DNA from: Eledone cirrhosa
Lineage: Eukaryota
Direction: 5' to 3'
NCBI GenBank assembly: GCA_964016885.1
Contig: OZ024741.1
Coordinates: forward strand, 20,150,001 to 20,214,000
Length of the DNA: 64,000 bases
The stretch's first letter is position 1, and every line of letters starts with the position of its first letter. Positions 52,801-64,000 of the stretch are shown piece by piece. Under the pieces are notes generated by a model, which searched no databases, was not told the DNA's origin, and saw only the letters and a program-made list of their open reading frames with translations. A program made the translations under genes and the position numbers.

Positions 52801-55800
52801 CCAGTTACAGCACAGCTCATATTATGTGGCACAGTTTCGCAGTAACACACATATCTTAAACACATATTACAGTACAGCTCATATTATCTGGGACAGTGTC
52901 GCAGTAACACATATCTTGAATCCCTATTACAGTACAGCTCATATTATCTGGGACAGTGTCGCAGTAACACACATATCTTAAATCCCTATTACAGCACAGT
53001 TCATATTATCTGGGACAGTGTCGCAGTAACACACATATCTTAAACCCCTATTACAGTACAGCTCATATTATCTGGGACAGTGTCGCAGTAACACATATCT
53101 TAAACCCCTATTACAGTACAGCTCATATTATCTGGGACAGTGTCGCAGTAACACACATATCTTAAACCCTAAATTAGATCACAGCTCATATTATCTGGGA
53201 CAGTGTCGCAGTAACACATATCTTAAACCCCTATTACAGTCCAGCTCATATTATCTGGGACAGTGTCGCAATAACACATATCTTAAACCCCTATTACTGT
53301 CCAGCTCATATTATCTAGCACAGTGTCGCAGTAACACATATCTTAAATCCCTATTACAGTACAGTTCATATTATCTGGGACAGTGTCGCAGTAACACACA
53401 TATCTTAAATCCCTATTACAGTACAGCTCATATTATCTGGGACAGTGTCGCAATAACAAACATAGCTTAAATCCCTATTACAGTCCAGCTCATATTATCT
53501 GGGACAGTGTCGCAATAACACATATCTTAAATCCCTATTACAGTACAGCTCATATTATCTGGGACAGTGTCGCAGTAACACACATATCTTAAATCCCTAT
53601 TACAGTCCACCTCATATTATCTGGGACAGAGTCACAATAACACACATATCTTAAACCCCTATTACAGTCCAGCTCATATTATCTGGGACAGAGTCGCAAT
53701 AACACACATATCATAAACCCCTATTACAGTCCAGCTCATAATATCTGGGACATTGTCGCAGTAACACACATATCTTAAATCCCTATTACAGTACAGCTCA
53801 TATTATCTGGCACAGTGTCGCAGTAACACACATATCTTAAACCCCTATTACAGTACAGCTCATATTATCTGGCACAGTGTCGCAGTAACACATATCTTAA
53901 ATCCCTATTACAGTACAGCTCATATTATCTGGGACAGTGTCGCAGTAACACACATATCTTAAATCCTAAATTAGAGCACAGCTCATATTATCTGGGACAG
54001 TGTCGCAGTAACACATATCTTAAACCCCTATTACAGTCCAGCTCATATTATCTGGGACAGTGTCGCAATAACACATATCTTAAACCCCTATTACATTACA
54101 GCTCATAATATCTGGGACATTGTCGCAGTAACACACATATCTTAAATCCCTATTACAGTACAGCTCATATTATCTGGCACAGTGTCGCAGTAACACACAT
54201 ATCTTAAACCCCTATTACAGTACAGCTCATATTATCTGGCACAGTGTCGCAGTAACACATATCTTAAATCCCTATTACAGTACAGCTCATATTATCTGGG
54301 ACAGTGTCGCAGTAACACACATATCTTAAATCCTAAGTTAGAGCACAGCTCATATTATCTGGGACAGTGTCGCAGTAACACATATCTTAAACCCCTATTA
54401 CAGTCCAGCTCATATTATCTGGGACAGTGTCGCAATAACACATATCTTAAACCCCTATTACTTTACAGCTCATATTATCTGGGACAGTGTCGCAGTAACA
54501 CACATATCTTAAACCCCTATTACAGTACAGCTCATATTATCTGGGACAGTGTCGCAGTAACACATATCTTAAATCCCTATTACAGTACAGCTCATATTAT
54601 CTGGGACAGTGTCGCAGTAACACACATATCTTAAATCCCAGTTACAGCACAGCTCATATTATGTGGCACAGTTTCGCAGTAACACACATATCTTAAACAC
54701 ATATTACAGTACAGCTCATATTATCTGGGACAGTGTCGCAGTAACACATATCTTAAATCCCTATTACAGTACAGCTCATATTATCTGGGACAGTGTCGCA
54801 GTAACACACATATCTTAAATCCCTATTACAGTACAGCTCATATTATCTGGGACAGTGTCGCAATAACAAACATATCTTAAATCCCTATTACAGTCCAGCT
54901 CATATTATCTGGGACATTGTCGCAATAACACATATCTTAAATCCCTATTACAGTACAGCTCATATTATCTGGGACAGTGTCGCAGTAACACACATATCTT
55001 AAATCCCTATTACAGTCCAGCTCATATTATCTGGGACAGAGTCACAATAACACATATATCTTAAACCCCTATTACAGTCCAGCTCATATTATCTGGGACA
55101 GAGTCGCAATAACACACATATCTTAAACCCCTATTACAGTCCAGCTAATATTATCTGGGACAGAGTCGCAATAACACACATATCTTAAACCCCTATTACA
55201 GTCCAGCTCATAATATCTGGGACATTGTCGCAGTAACACACATATCTTAAATCCCTATTACAGTAAAGCTCATATTATCTGGCACAGTGTCGCAGTAACA
55301 CACATATCTTAAACCCCTATTACAGTACAGCTCATATTATCTGGCACAGTGTCGCAGTAACACATATCTTAAATCCCTATTACAGTACAGCTCATATTAT
55401 CTGGGACAGTGTCGCAGTAACACACATATCTTAAATCCCTATTACAGTACAGCTCATATTATCTGGGACAGTGTCGCAGTAACACACATATCTTAAATCC
55501 CTATTACAGTACAGCTCATATTATCTGGGACAGTGTCGCAGTAACACATATCTTAAATCCCTATTACAGTACAGCTCATATTATCTGGGACAGTGTCGCA
55601 GTACCACACATATCTTAAACCCCTATTACATTACAGCTCATATTATCTGGGACAGTGTCGCAGTAACACATATCTTAAACCCCTATTACAGTACAGCTCA
55701 TATTATCTGGGACAGTGTCGCAGTAACACACATATCTTAAACCCCTATTACAGTACAGCTCATATTATCTGGGACAGTGTCGCAGTAACACATATCTTAA

Positions 55801-56524
55801 ACCCCTATTACAGTACAGCTCATATTATCTGGGACAGTGTCGCAGTAACACACATATCTTAATTCCCTATTACAGTACAGCTCATATTATCTAACACAGT
55901 GTCGCAGTAACACATATCTTAAACCCCTATTACAGCACAACTCATATTATCTGGGACAGTGTCGCAGTAACACACATATCTAAAACCTCTATTACAGTAC
56001 AGCTCTTATTATCTGGGACAGGGTCGCAGTAACACATATCTTAAACCCCTATTACAGTACAGCTCATATTATCTGGGACAGTGTCGCAGTAACACATATC
56101 TTAAACCACTAATACAGTACAGCTCATATTATCTGGCACAGTGTCGCAGTAACACATATCTTAAATCCCAGTTACAGTACAGCTCATAATATCTGGGACA
56201 GTGCCGCTGTAACACATATCTTAAATCCCTATTACAGTACAGCTCATATTATGTGGGACAGTGCTGCAGTAACACATATCTTAAATACCTATTACAGTAC
56301 AGCTCATATTATCTGGCACAGTGTCGCAGTAACACATATCTTAAACCCCTATTTCAGTACAGCTCATATTATCTGGGACAGTGTCACAGTAACACATATC
56401 CTAAACCCCTATTACAGCACAGCTCATATTATCTGGGACAGTGTCGCAGCAACACATATCTTAAATCCCTATTACAGTACAGCTCATATTATCTGGGACA
56501 GTGTCGCAGAAACACATATCTTAA

Positions 56525-56748
56525 CCCTTTCGCATTTACATTACTCTATATATACTATTATATTTTCGTGGTAAAAGTTTTACCTCACATAATTATCTCA
56601 GATAATACTGAATCTATGAAATTTGTATGTTATTTATTTTGAGAAAAATACCTTAACATCAGTATGAGTGGCCAGTTACAGCCGGTTTGACGAGATATGG
56701 ATGAGAGAATTCTGGCCGGATACAGCCGGTGTAAATGATGCTAAAGGG
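56525..56748. mobile_element. 224-bp piggyBac-type MITE, copy 2
   Basis: TTAA at 56521-56524 and 56749-56752; left TIR CCCTTTCGCAT (1 mismatch), right ATGCTAAAGGG. Confidence 0.92.
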
Positions 56749-59700
56749 TTAAAACCCTATTACAGTGAAACTCATAATATCTGGGACAGTGTGGCAGTAA
56801 CACACATATCTTAAACCTTTATTACTGTACAGCTCATATTATCTGGGACAGTGTCGCAATAACACACATATCTTAAACCCCTATTACAGCACAGCTCATA
56901 TTTTCTGGGACAGTTTCGCAATAACACATATCTTAAATCCCTATTACAGTACAGCTCATATTATCTGGGACAGTGTCGCAGTAACACACATATCTTAAAT
57001 CCCAGTTACAGCACAGCTCATATTATCTGGCACAGTGTCGCAGTAACACACATATCTTAAACACATATTACATTACAGCTCATATTATCTGGGACACTGT
57101 CGCAGTAACACACATATCTTAAATCCCTATTACAGTACAGCTCATATTATCTGGGACAGTGTCACAGTAACATATATCTTAAACCCCTATTACAGCACAG
57201 CTCATATTATCTGGGACAGTGTCGCAGTAACACACATATCTTAAACCCCTATTACAGTACAGCTCATATTATCTGGGACAGTGTCGCAGTAACACATATC
57301 TTAAACCCCTATTACAGTACAGCTCATATTATCTGGGACAGTGTCGCAGTAACACATATCTTAAACCCCTATTACAGTCCAGCTCATATTATCTGGGACA
57401 GAGTCGCAATAACACACATATCATAAACCCCTATTACAGTCCAGCTCATAATATCTGGGACATTGTCGCAGTAACACACATATCTTAAATCCCTATTACA
57501 GTACAGCTCATATTATCTGGCACAGTGTCGCAGTAACACACATATCTTAAACCCCTATTACAGTACAGCTCATATTATCTGGCACAGTGTCGCAGTAACA
57601 CATATCTTAAATCCCTATTACAGTACAGCTCATATTATCTGGGACAGTGTCGCAGTAACACACATATCTTAAATCCTAAATTAGAGCACAGCTCATATTA
57701 TCTGGGACAGTGTCGCAGTAACACATATCTTAAACCCCTATTACAGTCCAGCTCATATTATCTGGGACAGTGTCGCAATAACACATATCTTAAACCCCTA
57801 TTACATTACAGCTCATAATATCTGGGACATTGTCGCAGTAACACACATATCTTAAATCCCTATTACAGTACAGCTCATATTATCTGGCACAGTGTCGCAG
57901 TAACACACATATCTTAAACCCCTATTACAGTACAGCTCATATTATCTGGCACAGTGTCGCAGTAACACATATCTTAAATCCCTATTACAGTACAGCTCAT
58001 ATTATCTGGGACAGTGTCGCAGTAACACACATATCTTAAATCCTAAGTTAGAGCACAGCTCATATTATCTGGGACAGTGTCGCAGTAACACATATCTTAA
58101 ACCCCTATTACAGTCCAGCTCATATTATCTGGGACAGTGTCGCAATAACACATATCTTAAACCCCTATTACTTTACAGCTCATATTATCTGGGACAGTGT
58201 CGCAGTAACACACATATCTTAAACCCCTATTACAGTACAGCTCATATTATCTGGGACAGTGTCGCAGTAACACATATCTTAAATCCCTATTACAGTACAG
58301 CTCATATTATCTGGGACAGTGTCGCAGTAACACACATATCTTAAATCCCAGTTACAGCACAGCTCATATTATGTGGCACAGTTTCGCAGTAACACACATA
58401 TCTTAAACACATATTACAGTACAGCTCATATTATCTGGGACAGTGTCGCAGTAACACATATCTTAAATCCCTATTACAGTACAGCTCATATTATCTGGGA
58501 CAGTGTCGCAGTAACACACATATCTTAAATCCCTATTACAGTACAGCTCATATTATCTGGGACAGTGTCGCAATAACAAACATATCTTAAATCCCTATTA
58601 CAGTCCAGCTCATATTATCTGGGACATTGTCGCAATAACACATATCTTAAATCCCTATTACAGTACAGCTCATATTATCTGGGACAGTGTCGCAGTAACA
58701 CACATATCTTAAATCCCTATTACAGTCCAGCTCATATTATCTGGGACAGAGTCACAATAACACATATATCTTAAACCCCTATTACAGTCCAGCTCATATT
58801 ATCTGGGACAGAGTCGCAATAACACACATATCTTAAACCCCTATTACAGTCCAGCTAATATTATCTGGGACAGAGTCGCAATAACACACATATCTTAAAC
58901 CCCTATTACAGTCCAGCTCATAATATCTGGGACATTGTCGCAGTAACACACATATCTTAAATCCCTATTACAGTAAAGCTCATATTATCTGGCACAGTGT
59001 CGCAGTAACACACATATCTTAAACCCCTATTACAGTACAGCTCATATTATCTGGCACAGTGTCGCAGTAACACATATCTTAAATCCCTATTACAGTACAG
59101 CTCATATTATCTGGGACAGTGTCGCAGTAACACATATCTTAAATCCCTATTACAGTACAGCTCATATTATCTGGGACAGTGTCGCAGTAACACACATATC
59201 TTAAATCCCTATTACAGTACAGCTCATATTATCTGGGACAGTGTCGCAGTAACACATATCTTAAATCCCTATTACAGTACAGCTCATATTATCTGGGACA
59301 GTGTCGCAGTACCACACATATCTTAAACCCCTATTACATTACAGCTCATATTATCTGGGACAGTGTCGCAGTAACACATATCTTAAACCCCTATTACAGT
59401 ACAGCTCATATTATCTGGGACAGTGTCGCAGTAACACACATATCTTAAACCCCTATTACAGTACAGCTCATATTATCTGGGACAGTGTCGCAGTAACACA
59501 TATCTTAAACCCCTATTACAGTACAGCTCATATTATCTGGGACAGTGTCGCAGTAACACACATATCTTAATTCCCTATTACAGTACAGCTCATATTATCT
59601 AACACAGTGTCGCAGTAACACATAGCTTAAACCCCTATTACAGCACAACTCATATTATCTGGGACAGTGTCGCAGTAACACACATATCTAAAACCTCTAT

Positions 59701-60232
59701 TACAGTACAGCTCTTATTATCTGGGACAGGGTCGCAGTAACACATATCTTAAACCCCTATTACAGTACAGCTCATATTATCTGGGACAGTGTCGCAGTAA
59801 CACATATCTTAAACCACTAATACAGTACAGCTCATATTATCTGGCACAGTGTCGCAGTAACACATATCTTAAATCCCAGTTACAGTACAGCTCATAATAT
59901 CTGGGACAGTGCCGCTGTAACACATATCTTAAATCCCTATTACAGTACAGCTCATATTATGTGGGACAGTGCTGCAGTAACACATATCTTAAATACCTAT
60001 TACAGTACAGCTCATATTATCTGGCACAGTGTCGCAGTAACACATATCTTAAACCCCTATTACAGTACAGCTCATATTATCTGGGACAGTGTCACAGTAA
60101 CACATATCCTAAACCCCTATTACAGCACAGCTCATATTATCTGGGACAGTGTCGCAGCAACACATATCTTAAATCCCTATTACAGTACAGCTCATATTAT
60201 CTGGGACAGTGTCGCAGAAACACATATCTTAA

Positions 60233-60456
60233 CCCTTTCGCATTTACATTACTCTATATATACTATTATATTTTCGTGGTAAAAGTTTTACCTCACATAA
60301 TTATCTCACATAATACTGAATCTATGAAATTTGTATGTTATTTATTTTGAGAAAAATACCTTAACATCAGTATGAGTGGCCAGTTACAGCCGGTTTGACG
60401 AGATATGGATGAGAGAATTCTGGCCGGATACAGCCGGTGTAAATGATGCTAAAGGG
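60233..60456. mobile_element. 224-bp piggyBac-type MITE, copy 3 (part of the 3708-bp higher-order duplication)
   Basis: TTAA at 60229-60232 and 60457-60460; one difference from copy 2 seen; offset exactly 3708 bp. Confidence 0.92.
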
Positions 60457-63400
60457 TTAAAACCCTATTACAGTGAAACTCATAATATCTGGGACAGTGT
60501 CGCAGTAACACACATATCTTAAACCTTTATTACTGTACAGCTCATATTATCTGGGACAGTGTCGCAATAACACACATATCTTAAACCCCTATTACAGCAC
60601 AGCTAATATTTTCTGGGACAGTTTCGCAATAACACATATCTTAAATCCCTATTACAGTACAGCTCATATTATCTGGGACAGTGTCGCAGTAACACACATA
60701 TCTTAAATCCCAGTTACAGCACAGCTCATATTATCTGGCACAGTGTCGCAGTAACACACATATCTTAAACACATATTACATTACAGCTCATATTATCTGG
60801 GACACTGTCGCAGTAACACACATATCTTAAATCCCTATTACAGTACAGCTCATATTATCTGGGACAGTGTCACAGTAACATATATCTTAAACCCCTATTA
60901 CAGCACAGCTCATATTATCTGGGACAGTGTCGCAGTAACACACATATCTTAAACCCCTATTACAGTACAGCTCATATTATCTGGGACAGTGTCGCAGTAA
61001 CACATATCTTAAACCCCTATTACAGTACAGCTCATATTATCTGGGACAGTGTCGCAGTAACACATATCTTAAACCCCTATTACAGTCCAGCTCATATTAT
61101 CTGGGACAGAGTCGCAATAACACACATATCATAAACCCCTATTACAGTCCAGCTCATAATATCTGGGACATTGTCGCAGTAACACACATATCTTAAATCC
61201 CTATTACAGTACAGCTCATATTATCTGGCACAGTGTCGCAGTAACACACATATCTTAAACCCCTATTACAGTACAGCTCATATTATCTGGCACAGTGTCG
61301 CAGTAACACATATCTTAAATCCCTATTACAGTACAGCTCATATTATCTGGGACAGTGTCGCAGTAACACACATATCTTAAATCCTAAATTAGAGCACAGC
61401 TCATATTATCTGGGACAGTGTCGCAGTAACACATATCTTAAACCCCTATTACAGTCCAGCTCATATTATCTGGGACAGTGTCGCAATAACACATATCTTA
61501 AACCCCTATTACATTACAGCTCATAATATCTGGGACATTGTCGCAGTAACACACATATCTTAAATCCCTATTACAGTACAGCTCATATTATCTGGCACAG
61601 TGTCGCAGTAACACACATATCTTAAACCCCTATTACAGTACAGCTCATATTATCTGGCACAGTGTCGCAGTAACACATATCTTAAATCCCTATTACAGTA
61701 CAGCTCATATTATCTGGGACAGTGTCGCAGTAACACACATATCTTAAATCCTAAGTTAGAGCACAGCTCATATTATCTGGGACAGTGTCGCAGTAACACA
61801 TATCTTAAACCCCTATTACAGTCCAGCTCATATTATCTGGGACAGTGTCGCAATAACACATATCTTAAACCCCTATTACTTTACAGCTCATATTATCTGG
61901 GACAGTGTCGCAGTAACACACATATCTTAAACCCCTATTACAGTACAGCTCATATTATCTGGGACAGTGTCGCAGTAACACATATCTTAAATCCCTATTA
62001 CAGTACAGCTCATATTATCTGGGACAGTGTCGCAGTAACACACATATCTTAAATCCCAGTTACAGCACAGCTCATATTATGTGGCACAGTTTCGCAGTAA
62101 CACACATATCTTAAACACATATTACAGTACAGCTCATATTATCTGGGACAGTGTCGCAGTAACACATATCTTAAATCCCTATTACAGTACAGCTCATATT
62201 ATCTGGGACAGTGTCGCAGTAACACACATATCTTAAATCCCTATTACAGTACAGCTCATATTATCTGGGACAGTGTCGCAATAACAAACATATCTTAAAT
62301 CCCTATTACAGTCCAGCTCATATTATCTGGGACATTGTCGCAATAACACATATCTTAAATCCCTATTACAGTACAGCTCATATTATCTGGGACAGTGTCG
62401 CAGTAACACACATATCTTAAATCCCTATTACAGTCCAGCTCATATTATCTGGGACAGAGTCACAATAACACATATATCTTAAACCCCTATTACAGTCCAG
62501 CTCATATTATCTGGGACAGAGTCGCAATAACACACATATCTTAAACCCCTATTACAGTCCAGCTAATATTATCTGGGACAGAGTCGCAATAACACACATA
62601 TCTTAAACCCCTATTACAGTCCAGCTCATAATATCTGGGACATTGTCGCAGTAACACACATATCTTAAATCCCTATTACAGTAAAGCTCATATTATCTGG
62701 CACAGTGTCGCAGTAACACACATATCTTAAACCCCTATTACAGTACAGCTCATATTATCTGGCACAGTGTCGCAGTAACACATATCTTAAATCCCTATTA
62801 CAGTACAGCTCATATTATCTGGGACAGTGTCGCAGTAACACATATCTTAAATCCCTATTACAGTACAGCTCATATTATCTGGGACAGTGTCGCAGTAACA
62901 CACATATCTTAAATCCCTATTACAGTACAGCTCATATTATCTGGGACAGTGTCGCAGTAACACATATCTTAAATCCCTATTACAGTACAGCTCATATTAT
63001 CTGGGACAGTGTCGCAGTGCCACACATATCTTAAACCCCTATTACATTACAGCTCATATTATCTGGGACAGTGTCGCAGTAACACATATCTTAAACCCCT
63101 ATTACAGTACAGCTCATATTATCTGGGACAGTGTCGCAGTAACACACATATCTTAAACCCCTATTACAGTACAGCTCATATTATCTGGGACAGTGTCGCA
63201 GTAACACATATCTTAAACCCCTATTACAGTACAGCTCATATTATCTGGGACAGTGTCGCAGTAACACACATATCTTAATTCCCTATTACAGTACAGCTCA
63301 TATTATCTAACACAGTGTCGCAGTAACACATATCTTAAACCCCTATTACAGCACAACTCATATTATCTGGGACAGTGTCGCAGTAACACACATATCTAAA

Positions 63401-64000
63401 ACCTCTATTACAGTACAGCTCTTATTATCTGGGACAGGGTCGCAGTAACACATATCTTAAACCCCTATTACAGTACAGCTCATATTATCTGGGACAGTGT
63501 CGCAGTAACACATATCTTAAACCACTAATACAGTACAGCTCATATTATCTGGCACAGTGTCGCAGTAACACATATCTTAAATCCCAGTTACAGTACAGCT
63601 CATAATATCTGGGACAGTGCCGCTGTAACACATATCTTAAATCCCTATTACAGTACAGCTCATATTATGTGGGACAGTGCTGCAGTAACACATATCTTAA
63701 ATACCTATTACAGTACAGCTCATATTATCTGGCACAGTGTCGCAGTAACACATATCTTAAACCCCTATTACAGTACAGCTCATATTATCTGAGACAGTGT
63801 CACAGTAACACATATCCTAAACCCCTATTACAGCACAGCTCATATTATCTGGGACAGTGTCGCAGCAACACATATCTTAAATCCCTATTACAGTACAGCT
63901 CATATTATCTGGGACAGTGTCGCAGTAACACACATATCTTAAATCCCTATTACAGTACAGCTCATATTATCTGGGACAGTGTCGCAATAACAAACATATC

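Larger units (their letters stand above)
16231..64000. repeat. 60/62-bp tandem satellite array (roughly 780 monomers, running off the window end) with higher-order repeats
   Basis: Consensus CTATTACAGTACAGCTCATATTATCTGGGACAGTGTCGCAGTAACA(CA)CATATCTTAAA(T/C)CC; head-to-tail, single orientation; degenerate first monomer at ~16231-16265. Confidence 0.99.

Noticed and set aside
16402-63278. Repetitive ORFs in the satellite (HILNPYYSTAHIIWDSVAVT)n and (LLQYSSYYLGQCRSNTYLKP)n
   Set aside because: Two + frames of a 60-mer happen to lack stops, but TGA/TAG variants and 59/62-bp monomers break them freely and are themselves amplified; no sign of coding constraint
63925-63950. Precise piggyBac excision of the MITE
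   Set aside because: Precise excision would keep upstream GCAGAAAC and downstream AACCCTATTACAGTGAAACTC; both are absent, pointing to recombination instead
16231-64000. CRISPR-like array
   Set aside because: No unique spacers, no cas genes, eukaryotic context; it is a head-to-tail satellite

Overview
AT-rich, repeat-dense animal genomic DNA. The SINE/MITE content is reminiscent of cephalopod (Octopus) DNA, but that is an unverified impression. No host protein-coding gene can be supported. Positions 1-16.2 kb are a mosaic of microsatellites and retroelements: a decayed CR1/L2-type RT fragment, a dead R4/Dong-clade non-LTR element (+) sitting in (CATA)n, a young and nearly intact full-length Tx1/L1-clade LINE (-) inserted in (AAT)n, two oppositely oriented tRNA-type SINEs, a ~34-bp minisatellite, a Penelope-like minimal hammerhead motif, and a tandemly reiterated promoter-like module (CCAAT/E-box/E2F motifs). 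From ~16.2 kb to the end (~47.8 kb) is a 60/62-bp tandem satellite with layered higher-order repeats (periods 3368, 2468, 2941, 2379 and ~3708 bp). It carries three copies of one 224-bp TTAA-flanked piggyBac-type MITE. Most ORFs in the supplied track outside the LINEs are repeat artefacts. Counts and periods were read by hand from the sequence.
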